From Macrostomum lignano (taxonomy: Eukaryota): a DNA stretch of 60,196 nucleotides. The position numbers and the translations under genes were made by a program. This document shows, one piece after another, positions 24,801-36,800 of the stretch (position 1 is the stretch's first letter; every line of letters begins with the position of its first letter). The notes beneath the pieces were generated by a model that saw only the letters and a program-made list of their open reading frames with translations, searched no databases and was not told the DNA's origin. The stretch covers positions 1 to 60,196 of the forward strand of contig NIVC01001469.1 in assembly GCA_002269645.1 (NCBI GenBank), read 5' to 3'.

Positions 24801-27800
24801 GGATCTGAGAGGGGGGCCTAGTCTGCGATCTGAGAGGGGGCGGCCTAGTCTGCAGATCTGAGAGGGGCGGCCTAGTCTGGGATCTGAGAGGGGCGGCCTA
24901 GTCTGGGGATCTGAGAGGGGGCGGCCTAGTCTGCAGATCTGAGAGGGGGCGGCCTAGTCTGCGGATCTGAGAGGGTGGCGGCCTAGTCTGGGGATCTGAG
25001 AGGGGGCGGCCTAGTCTGGGGATCTGAGAGGGGGTACTTAGTCTGCAGATCTGAGAGGGGGCGGCCTAGTCTGCAGATCTGAGAGGGGGCGGCCTAGTCT
25101 GGGATCTGAGAGGGGGCGGCCTAGTCTGGGGATCTGAGAGGGGCGGCCTAGTCTGGGATCTGAGAGGTTGGTACTTAGTCTGCAGATCTGAGAGGGGGCG
25201 GCCTAGTCTGCAGATCTGAGAGGGGGCGGCCTAGTCTGGGATCTGAGAGGGGGCGGCCTAGTCTGGGGATCTGAGAGGGGCGGCCTAGTCTGGGATCTGA
25301 GAGGGGTACTAGTCTGCAGATCTGAGAGGGGGCGGCCTAGTCTGCAGATCTGAGAGGGGGCGGCCTAGTCTGGGGATCTGAGAGGGGGCGGCCTAGTCTG
25401 GGATCTGAGAGGGGGCGGCCTAGTCTGCAGATCTGAGAGGGGGCGGCCTAGTCTGCGGATCTGAGAGGGGGCGGCCTAGTCTGGGGATCTGAGAGGGGGC
25501 GGCCTAGTCTGGGGATCTGAGAGGGGGCTAGTCTGCAGATCTGAGAGGGGGCGGCCTAGTCTGCAGATCTGAGAGGGGGCGGCCTAGTCTGCGGATCTGA
25601 GAGGGGGCGGCCTAGTCTGGATCTGAGAGGGGCGGCCTAGTCTGGGGATCTGAGAGGGGGCGGCCTAGTCTGCAGATCTGAGAGGGGGCGGCCTAGTCTG
25701 GAGATCTGAGAGGGGGCGGCCTAGTCTGGGGATCTGAGAGGGGGCGGCCTAGTCTGGGATCTGAGAGGGGACGGCCTAGTCTGGGGATCTGAGAGGGGTA
25801 CTTAGTCTGCAGATCTGAGAGGGGGCGGCCTAGTCTGGGATCTGAGAGGGGGCGGCCTAGTCTGGGATCTGAGAGGGGGCGGCCTAGTCTGGGGATCTGA
25901 GAGGGGGCGGCCTAGTCTGGATCTGAGAGGGGCGGCCTAGTCTGCAGATCTGAGAGGGGGCGGCCTAGTCTGGGGATCTGAGAGGGGGCGGCCTAGTCTG
26001 GGGATCTGAGAGGGGGCGGCCTAGTCTGGATCTGAGAGGGGACGGCCTAGTCTGGGATCTGAGAGGTTGGTACTTAGTCTGCAGATCTGAGAGGGGGCGG
26101 CCTAGTCTGCAGATCTGAGAGGGGCGGCCTAGTCTGGGATCTGAGAGGGGGCGGCCTAGTCTGCAGATCTGAGAGGGGGCGGCCTAGTCTGCGGATCTGA
26201 GAGGGGGCGGCCTAGTCTGGGGATCTGAGAGGGGCGGCCTAGTCTGGGGATCTGAGAGGGGTACTTAGTCTGCAGATCTGAGAGGGGGCGGCCTAGTCTG
26301 CAGATCTGAGAGGGGGCGGCCTAGTCTGCGGATCTGAGAGGGGGCGGCCTAGTCTGGATCTGAGAGGGGCGGCCTAGTCTGGGGATCTGAGAGGGGCGGC
26401 CTAGTCTGCGATCTGAGAGGGGGCGGCCTAGTCTGCAGATCTGAGAGGGGGCGGCCTAGTCTGCGGATCTGAGAGGGGGCGGCCTAGTCTGGGGATCTGA
26501 GAGGGGCGGCCTAGTCTGGGATCTGAGAGGGGGCTAGTCTGCAGATCTGAGAGGGGGCGGCCTAGTCTGCAGATCTGAGAGGGGGCGGCCTAGTCTGGGG
26601 ATCTGAGAGGGGCGGCCTAGTCTGGGATCTGAGAGGGGGCGGCCTAGTCTGGGATCTGAGAGGGGCGGCCTAGTCTGGGATCTGAGAGGGGGCGGCCTAG
26701 TCTGGGATCTGAGAGGGGCGGCCTAGTCTGGGGATCTGAGAGGGGTACTTAGTCTGCAGATCTGAGAGGGGCGGCCTAGTCTGCTGAGAGGGGCTGTCTG
26801 CGATCTGAGAGGGCGGCCTAGTCTGCGGATCTGAGAGGGGCGGCCTAGTCTGGGATCTGAGAGGGGGCGGCCTAGTCTGGGGATCTGAGAGGGGTACGGC
26901 CTAGTCTGCAGATCTGAGAGGGGGCGGCCTAGTCTGCAGATCTGAGAGGGGGCGGCCTAGTCTGGGGATCTGAGAGGGGGCGGCCTAGTCTGGGATCTGA
27001 GAGGGGACGGCCTAGTCTGGGGATCTGAGAGGGGGCGGCCTAGTCTGCAGATCTGCAGATCTGAGAGGGGGCGGCCTAGTCTGCAGATCTGAGAGGGGGC
27101 GGCCTAGTCTGGGGATCTGAGAGGGGCGGCCTAGTCTGGGATCTGAGAGGGGCGGCCTAGTCTGCAGATCTGAGAGGGGCGGCCTAGTCTGCGGGATCTG
27201 AGAGGGGGCGGCCTAGTCTGGGGATCTGAGAGGGGCGGCCTAGTCTGGGGATCTGAGAGGGGCTAGTCTGCAGATCTGAGAGGGGGCGGCCTAGTCTGCA
27301 GATCTGAGAGGGGGCGGCCTAGTCTGCGGGATCTGAGAGGGGGCGGCCTAGTCTGGGGATCTGAGAGGGGACGGCCTAGTCTGGGATCTGAGAGGGGGCG
27401 GCCTAGTCTGCAGATCTGAGAGGGGGCGGCCTAGTCTGCAGATCTGAGAGGGGGCGGCCTAGTCTGGGATCTGAGAGGGGGCGGCCTAGTCTGGGGATCT
27501 GAGAGGGGACGGCCTAGTCTGGGGATCTGAGAGGTTGGTACTTAGTCTGCAGATCTGAGAGGGGCGGCCTAGTCTGGATCTGAGAGGGGGCGGCCTAGTC
27601 TGGGATCTGAGAGGGGGCGGCCTAGTCTGGGGATCTGAGAGGGGGCGGCCTAGTCTGGGATCTGAGAGGGGGCGGCCTAGTCTGCAGATCTGAGAGGGCG
27701 GCCTAGTCTGGGATCTGAGAGGGGGCGGCCTAGTCTGGGGATCTGAGAGGGGCGGCCTAGTCTGGGATCTGAGAGGGGCGGCCTAGTCTGGATCTGAGAG

Positions 27801-30800
27801 GGGGCGGCCTAGTCTGCAGATCTGAGAGGGGCGGCCTAGTCTGGGATCTGAGAGGGGCGGCCTAGTCTGGGGATCTGAGAGGGGCGGCCTAGTCTGCAGA
27901 TCTGAGAGGGGGCGGCCTAGTCTGCGGATCTGAGAGGGGGCGGCCTAGTCTGGGGATCTGAGAGGGGCGGCCTAGTCTGGGATCTGAGAGGGTACTAGTC
28001 TGCAGATCTGAGAGGGGGCGGCCTAGTCTGCAGATCTGAGAGGGGGCGGCCTAGTCTGGGATCTGAGAGGGGGCGGCTAGTCTGGGGATCTGAGAGGGGC
28101 GGCCTAGTCTGGGGATCTGAGAGGGGACGGCCTAGTCTGCGATCTGAGAGGGGCGCTAGTCTGCAGATCTGAGAGGGGCGGCCTAGTCTGGGATCTGAGA
28201 GGGGGCGGCCTAGTCTGGGGATCTGAGAGGGGACGGCCTAGTCTGGGATCTGAGAGGTGGTACTTAGTCTGCAGATCTGAGAGGGGCGGCCTAGTCTGCA
28301 GATCTGAGAGGGGGCGGCCTAGTCTGGGGATCTGAGAGGGGGCGGCCTAGTCTGGATCTGAGAGGGGGCGGCCTAGTCTGGGGATCTGAGAGGGGGCGGC
28401 CTAGTCTGGGATCTGAGAGGGGGCGGCCTAGTCTGCAGATCTGAGAGGGGGCGGCCTAGTCTGCGATCTGAGAGGGGGCGGCCTAGTCTGGGGATCTGAG
28501 AGGGGGCGGCCTAGTCTGCAGATCTGAGAGGGGGCGGCCTAGTCTGCGGATCTGAGAGGGGGCGGCCTAGTCTGGGGATCTGAGAGGGGACGGCCTAGTC
28601 TGGGGATCTGAGAGGTTGACTAGTCTGCAGATCTGAGAGGGGGGCGGCCTAGTCTGCAGATCTGAGAGGGGGCGGCCTAGTCTGGATCTGAGAGGGGCGG
28701 CCTAGTCTGGGGATCTGAGAGGGGGCGGCCTAGTCTGGGGATCTGAGAGGGGGCTAGTCTGCAGATCTGAGAGGGGGCGGCCTAGTCTGCAGATCTGAGA
28801 GGGGCGGCCTAGTCTGGGATCTGAGAGGGGGCGGCCTAGTCTGGGGATCTGAGAGGGGCGGCCTAGTCTGGATCTGAGAGGGGGGCCTAGTCTGGGGATC
28901 TGAGAGGGCGGCCTAGTCTGGGGATCTGAGAGGGGGCGGCCTAGTCTGGGATCTGAGAGGGGGCGGCCTAGTCTGGGCAGATCTGAGAGGGGGCGGCCTA
29001 GTCTGCAGATCTGAGAGGGGGCGGCCTAGTCTGGGATCTGAGAGGGGCGGCCTAGTCTGCGATCTGAGAGGGCGGCCTAGTCTGGGATCTGAGAGGGGAC
29101 GGCCTAGTCTGGGATCTGAGAGGGGGCGGCCTAGTCTGGATCTGAGAGGGGGCGGCCTAGTCTGGGATCTGAGAGGGTACTAGTCTGGATCTGAGAGGGG
29201 GCGGCCTAGTCTGCGATCTGAGAGGGGGCGCCTAGTCTGGATCTGAGAGGGGGCGGCCTAGTCTGGGGATCTGAGAGGGGGCGGCCTAGTCTGCAGATCT
29301 GAGAGGGGCGGCCTAGTCTGCGGATCTGAGAGGGGCGGCCTAGTCTGGGATCTGAGAGGGGACGGCCTAGTCTGGGGATCTGAGAGGGGTACTAGTCTGC
29401 AGATCTGAGAGGGGGCGGCCTAGTCTGCAGATCTGAGAGGGGGCGGCCTAGTCTGGGATCTGAGAGGGGGGCCTAGTCTGGGGATCTGAGAGGGGGCGGC
29501 CTAGTCTGGGATCTGAGAGGGGCGGCCTAGTCTGGATCTGAGAGGGGGCGGCCTAGTCTGGGATCTGAGAGGGGGCTAGTCTGGGAGATCTGAGAGGGGG
29601 CGGCCTAGTCTGCAGATCTGAGAGGGGGCGGCCTAGTCTGCGGATCTGAGAGGGGCGGCCTAGTCTGGATCTGAGAGGGGGGCGGCCTAGTCTGGGATCT
29701 GAGAGGGGCGGCCTAGTCTGGATCTGAGAGGGGCGGCCTAGTCTGCAGATCTGAGAGGGGGCGGCCTAGTCTGGGATCTGAGAGGGGCGGCCTAGTCTGG
29801 GGATCTGAGAGGGGGCGGCCTAGTCTGGGATCTGAGAGGGGCGGCCTAGTCTGGGATCTGAGAGGGGCTAGTCTGCAGATCTGAGAGGGGGCGGCCTAGT
29901 CTGCGGATCTGAGAGGGGCGGCCTAGTCTGGGGATCTGAGAGGGGGCGGCCTAGTCTGGGGATCTGAGAGGGGCGGCCTAGTCTGCAGATCTGAGAGGGG
30001 GGGCCTAGTCTGCAGATCTGAGAGGGGGCGGCCTAGTCTGGGGATCTGAGAGGGGCGGCCTAGTCTGGGATCTGAGAGGGGGCGGCCTAGTCTGGATCTG
30101 AGAGGGGGCGGCCTAGTCTGCGGATCTGAGAGGGTGGCGGCCTAGTCTGGGATCTGAGAGGGGCGGCCTAGTCTGGGGATCTGAGAGGTTGGTACTTAGT
30201 CTGCAGATCTGAGAGGGGGCGGCCTAGTCTGCAGATCTGAGAGGGGGCGGCCTAGTCTGCGGATCTGAGAGGGGGCGGCCTAGTCTGGGGATCTGAGAGG
30301 GGACGGCCTAGTCTGGGGATCTGAGAGGTTGGTACTTAGTCTGCAGATCTGAGAGGGGGCGGCCTAGTCTGCAGATCTGAGAGGGGCGGCCTAGTCTGGG
30401 GATCTGAGAGGGGGCGGCCTAGTCTGCAGATCTGAGAGGGGCGGCCTAGTCTGGGATCTGAGAGGGGGCGGCCTAGTCTGCGGATCTGAGAGGGGGCGGC
30501 CTAGTCTGCAGATCTGAGAGGGGCGGCCTAGTCTGGGATCTGAGAGGGGGCGGCCTAGTCTGGGGATCTGAGAGGGGGCGGCCTAGTCTGGGATCTGAGA
30601 GGGGGCGGCCTAGTCTGCGATCTGAGAGGGGGCGGCCTAGTCTGGATCTGAGAGGGGCGGCCTAGTCTGGGGATCTGAGAGGGGTACTTAGTCTGCAGAT
30701 CTGAGAGGGGGCGGCCTAGTCTGCAGATCTGAGAGGGGGCGGCCTAGTCTGCGGATCTGAGAGGGCGGCCTAGTCTGGGATCTGAGAGGGGGCGGCCTAG

Positions 30801-33800
30801 TCTGCGGATCTGAGAGGGGGCGGCCTAGTCTGCGATCTGAGAGGGGGCGGCCTAGTCTGCAGATCTGAGAGGGGGCGGCCTAGTCTGCGGATCTGAGAGG
30901 GGGCGGCCTAGTCTGGGGATCTGAGAGGGGCGGCCTAGTCTGGGGATCTGAGAGGGGTACTAGTCTGCAGATCTGAGAGGGGGCGGCCTAGTCTGGGATC
31001 TGAGAGGGGGCGGCCTAGTCTGGGATCTGAGAGGGGGCGGCCTAGTCTGGGGATCTGAGAGGGGCGGCCTAGTCTGGGGATCTGAGAGGGGGCGGCCTAG
31101 TCTGCAGATCTGAGAGGGCGGCCTAGTCTGGGGATCTGAGAGGGGGCGGCCTAGTCTGGGGATCTGAGAGGGGGCGGCCTAGTCTGGGATCTGAGAGGGG
31201 CGGCCTAGTCTGGGGATCTGAGAGGGCTAGTCTGCAGATCTGAGAGGGGGCGGCCTAGTCTGCGATCTGAGAGGGGGCGGCCTAGTCTGGGGATCTGAGA
31301 GGGGGCGGCCTAGTCTGCAGATCTGAGAGGGGCGGCCTAGTCTGCGGATCTGAGAGGGGCGGCCTAGTCTGGGATCTGAGAGGGGCGGCCTAGTCTGGGG
31401 ATCTGAGAGGTTGGCTAGTCTGCAGATCTGAGAGGGGGCGGCCTAGTCTGCAGATCTGAGAGGGGGCGGCCTAGTCTGCGGATCTGAGAGGGGGCGGCCT
31501 AGTCTGCGGATCTGAGAGGGGGCGGCCTAGTCTGGGGATCTGAGAGGGGCGGCCTAGTCTGCGGATCTGAGAGGGGGCGGCCTAGTCTGCAGATCTGAGA
31601 GGGGGCGGCCTAGTCTGCGGATCTGAGAGGGGGCGGCCTAGTCTGGGGATCTGAGAGGGGCGGCCTAGTCTGGGGATCTGAGAGGGGCTTAGTCTGCAGA
31701 TCTGAGAGGGGGCGGCCTAGTCTGCAGATCTGAGAGGGGGCGGCCTAGTCTGGATCTGAGAGGGGCGGCCTAGTCTGGGATCTGAGAGGGGGCGGCCTAG
31801 TCTGGGATCTGAGAGGGGGCGGCCTAGTCTGGGATCTGAGAGGGGGCGGCCTAGTCTGCAGATCTGAGAGGGGGCGGCCTAGTCTGCAGATCTGAGAGGG
31901 GGCGGCCTAGTCTGGGGATCTGAGAGGGGGCGGCCTAGTCTGCAGATCTGAGAGGGGGCGGCCTAGTCTGCGGATCTGAGAGGGGGCGGCCTAGTCTGGG
32001 GATCTGAGAGGGGACGGCCTAGTCTGGGATCTGAGAGGTTGGTACTTAGTCTGCAGATCTGAGAGGGGGCGGCCTAGTCTGCAGATCTGAGAGGGCGGCC
32101 TAGTCTGGGGATCTGAGAGGGGGCGGCCTAGTCTGGGGATCTGAGAGGGGGCGGCCTAGTCTGGGGATCTGAGAGGTTGGTACTAGTCTGCAGATCTGAG
32201 AGGGGGCGGCCTAGTCTGGGGATCTGAGAGGGGGCGGCCTAGTCTGGGGATCTGAGAGGGGGCGGCCTAGTCTGGGATCTGAGAGGGGGCGGCCTAGTCT
32301 GCAGATCTGAGAGGGGCGGCCTAGTCTGCAGATCTGAGAGGGGGCGGCCTAGTCTGGGGATCTGAGAGGGGGCGGCCTAGTCTGGGGATCTGAGAGGGGG
32401 CGGCCTAGTCTGCAGATCTGAGAGGGGGCGGCCTAGTCTGCGGATCTGAGAGGGGGCGGCCTAGTCTGGGGATCTGAGAGGGGACGGCCTAGTCTGGGGA
32501 TCTGAGAGGTTGGTACTTAGTCTGCAGATCTGAGAGGGGGCGGCCTAGTCTGCAGATCTGAGAGGGGGCGGCCTAGTCTGCGGATCTGAGAGGGGGCGGC
32601 CTAGTCTGGGGATCTGAGAGGGGACGGCCTAGTCTGGGATCTGAGAGGTTGGTACTTAGTCTGCAGATCTGAGAGGGGGCGGCCTAGTCTGCAGATCTGA
32701 GAGGGCGGCCTAGTCTGGGATCTGAGAGGGGGCGGCCTAGTCTGGGGATCTGAGAGGGGACGGCCTAGTCTGGGATCTGAGAGGTTGGTACTTAGTCTGC
32801 AGATCTGAGAGGGGGCGGCCTAGTCTGCAGATCTGAGAGGGGGCGGCCTAGTCTGGGGATCTGAGAGGGGCGGCCTAGTCTGGGGATCTGAGAGGGGGCG
32901 GCCTAGTCTGCAGATCTGAGAGGGGGCGGCCTAGTCTGCGGATCTGAGAGGGGGCGGCCTAGTCTGGGGATCTGAGAGGGGCGGCCTAGTCTGGGGATCT
33001 GAGAGGGGTACTAGTCTGCAGATCTGAGAGGGGGCGGCCTAGTCTGCAGATCTGAGAGGGGGCGGCCTAGTCTGCGGATCTGAGAGGGGGCGGCCTAGTC
33101 TGCGATCTGAGAGGGGCGGCCTAGTCTGGGATCTGAGAGGGGCGGCCTAGTCTGCGATCTGAGAGGGGGCGGCCTAGTCTGCAGATCTGAGAGGGGGCGG
33201 CCTAGTCTGCGATCTGAGAGGGGCGGCCTAGTCTGGGGAGAGGGGCGGCCTAGTCTGGGATCTGAGAGGGACGGCCTAGTCTGGGGATCTGAGAGGTTGG
33301 TACTTAGTCTGCAGATCTGAGAGGGGGCGGCCTAGTCTGGGATCTGAGAGGGGGCGGCCTAGTCTGGGGATCTGAGAGGGGCGGCCTAGTCTGGGGATCT
33401 GAGAGGGGACGGCCTAGTCTGGGATCTGAGAGGGGGCGGCCTAGTCTGCAGATCTGAGAGGGCGGCCTAGTCTGGGATCTGAGAGGGGGCGGCCTAGTCT
33501 GGGGATCTGAGAGGGGGCGGCCTAGTCTGGGGATCTGAGAGGGGACGGCCTAGTCTGGGATCTGAGAGGGGTACTAGTCTGCAGATCTGAGAGGGGCGGC
33601 CTAGTCTGCAGATCTGAGAGGGGCGGCCTAGTCTGGATCTGAGAGGGGGCGGCCTAGTCTGCAGATCTGAGAGGGGGCGGCCTAGTCTGCGGATCTGAGA
33701 GGGGGCGGCCTAGTCTGGGGATCTGAGAGGGGACGGCCTAGTCTGGGGATCTGAGAGGTTGGTACTTAGTCTGCAGATCTGAGAGGGGGCGGCCTAGTCT

Positions 33801-36800
33801 GCAGATCTGAGAGGGCGGCCTAGTCTGGGGATCTGAGAGGGGGCGGCCTAGTCTGGGGATCTGAGAGGGGACGGCCTAGTCTGGGGATCTGAGAGGGGTA
33901 CTTAGTCTGCAGATCTGAGAGGGGGCGGCCTAGTCTGCAGATCTGAGAGGGGGCGGCCTAGTCTGGGATCTGAGAGGGGGCGGCCTAGTCTGGGGATCTG
34001 AGAGGGGCGGCCTAGTCTGCAGATCTGAGAGGGGCGGCCTAGTCTGCGGATCTGAGAGGGGGCGGCCTAGTCTGGATCTGAGAGGGGACGGCCTAGTCTG
34101 GGGATCTGAGAGGGGTACTTAGTCTGCAGATCTGAGAGGGGGCGGCCTAGTCTGCAGATCTGAGAGGGGCGGCCTAGTCTGCGGATCTGAGAGGGGGCGG
34201 CCTAGTCTGGATCTGAGAGGGGGCGGCCTAGTCTGGGATCTGAGAGGGGGCGGCCTAGTCTGCGGATCTGAGAGGGGGCGGCCTAGTCTGCAGATCTGAG
34301 AGGGGGCGGCCTAGTCTGCGGATCTGAGAGGGGGCGGCCTAGTCTGGGGATCTGAGAGGGGACGGCCTAGTCTGGGGATCTGAGAGGTTGGTACTTAGTC
34401 TGCAGATCTGAGAGGGGCGGCCTAGTCTGGATCTGAGAGGGGGCGGCCTAGTCTGGGGATCTGAGAGGGGGGGCCTAGTCTGGGGATCTGAGAGGGGACG
34501 GCCTAGTCTGGGGATCTGAGAGGGGGCGGCCTAGTCTGCAGATCTGAGAGGGCGGCCTAGTCTGGGGATCTGAGAGGGGCGGCCTAGTCTGGGGATCTGA
34601 GAGGGGGCGGCCTAGTCTGGGGATCTGAGAGGGGACGGCCTAGTCTGGGGATCTGAGAGGGGTACTAGTCTGCAGATCTGAGAGGGGGCGGCCTAGTCTG
34701 CAGATCTGAGAGGGGCGGCCTAGTCTGGGGATCTGAGAGGGGGCGGCCTAGTCTGCAGATCTGAGAGGGGGCGGCCTAGTCTGCGGATCTGAGAGGGGGC
34801 GGCCTAGTCTGGGGATCTGAGAGGGGACGGCCTAGTCTGGGGATCTGAGAGGTTGGTACTTAGTCTGCAGATCTGAGAGGGGGCGGCCTAGTCTGCAGAT
34901 CTGAGAGGGGGCGGCCTAGTCTGCGGATCTGAGAGGGGGCGGCCTAGTCTGCAGATCTGAGAGGGGGCGGCCTAGTCTGGGATCTGAGAGGGGACGGCCT
35001 AGTCTGCGATCTGAGAGGGGGCGGCCTAGTCTGCAGATCTGAGAGGGGGCGGCCTAGTCTGCGGATCTGAGAGGGGGCGGCCTAGTCTGGGGATCTGAGA
35101 GGGGACGGCCTAGTCTGGGGATCTGAGAGGTTGGTACTTAGTCTGCAGATCTGAGAGGGGGCGGCCTAGTCTGCAGATCTGAGAGGGGGCGGCCTAGTCT
35201 GCAGATCTGAGAGGGGCGGCCTAGTCTGGGGATCTGAGAGGGGGCGGCCTAGTCTGGGGATCTGAGAGGGGCGGCCTAGTCTGGGATCTGAGAGGGGCGG
35301 CCTAGTCTGCAGATCTGAGAGGGGGCGGCCTAGTCTGCAGATCTGAGAGGGGCGGCCTAGTCTGGGGATCTGAGAGGGGGCGGCCTAGTCTGCAGATCTG
35401 AGAGGGGGCGGCCTAGTCTGCGGATCTGAGAGGGTGGCGGCCTAGTCTGGGGATCTGAGAGGGGACGGCCTAGTCTGCGGATCTGAGAGGTTGGTACTTA
35501 GTCTGCAGATCTGAGAGGGGGCGGCCTAGTCTGCAGATCTGAGAGGGCGGCCTAGTCTGGGATCTGAGAGGGGCGGCCTAGTCTGGGGATCTGAGAGGGG
35601 CGGCCTAGTCTGGGGATCTGAGAGGTTGGTACTTAGTCTGCAGATCTGAGAGGGGGCGGCCTAGTCTGGGATCTGAGAGGGGGCGGCCTAGTCTGGGGAT
35701 CTGAGAGGGGCGGCCTAGTCTGGGGATCTGAGAGGGGGCGGCCTAGTCTGCAGATCTGAGAGGGGGCGGCCTAGTCTGCAGATCTGAGAGGGGCGGCCTA
35801 GTCTGGGGATCTGAGAGGGGCGGCCTAGTCTGGGGATCTGAGAGGGGGCGGCCTAGTCTGCAGATCTGAGAGGGGGCGGCCTAGTCTGCGGATCTGAGAG
35901 GGGGCGGCCTAGTCTGGGGATCTGAGAGGGGGCGGCCTAGTCTGGGATCTGAGAGGGGGCGGCCTAGTCTGGATCTGAGAGGGGCGGCCTAGTCTGCGGA
36001 TCTGAGAGGGGGCGGCCTAGTCTGGGGATCTGAGAGGGGACGGCCTAGTCTGGGGATCTGAGAGGTTGGTACTTAGTCTGCAGATCTGAGAGGGGGCGGC
36101 CTAGTCTGCAGATCTGAGAGGGGCGGCCTAGTCTGCAGATCTGAGAGGGGGCGGCCTAGTCTGCGGATCTGAGAGGGGGCGGCCTAGTCTGCAGATCTGA
36201 GAGGGGGCGGCCTAGTCTGCGGATCTGAGAGGGGGCGGCCTAGTCTGGGGATCTGAGAGGGGACGGCCTAGTCTGGGGATCTGAGAGGTTGGTACTTAGT
36301 CTGCAGATCTGAGAGGGGGCGGCCTAGTCTGCAGATCTGAGAGGGGGCGGCCTAGTCTGCAGATCTGAGAGGGGCGGCCTAGTCTGGGGATCTGAGAGGG
36401 GGCGGCCTAGTCTGGGGATCTGAGAGGGGGCGGCCTAGTCTGGGGATCTGAGAGGGGGCGGCCTAGTCTGGGGATCTGAGAGGTTGGTACTAGTCTGCAG
36501 ATCTGAGAGGGGGCGGCCTAGTCTGCAGATCTGAGAGGGGGCGGCCTAGTCTGCGGATCTGAGAGGGGGCGGCCTAGTCTGCAGATCTGAGAGGGTGGCG
36601 GCCTAGTCTGGGGATCTGAGAGGGGACGGCCTAGTCTGCGGATCTGAGAGGTTGGTACTTAGTCTGCAGATCTGAGAGGGGGCGGCCTAGTCTGCAGATC
36701 TGAGAGGGCGGCCTAGTCTGGGGATCTGAGAGGGGGCGGCCTAGTCTGGGGATCTGAGAGGGGGCGGCCTAGTCTGGGGATCTGAGAGGTTGGTACTTAG

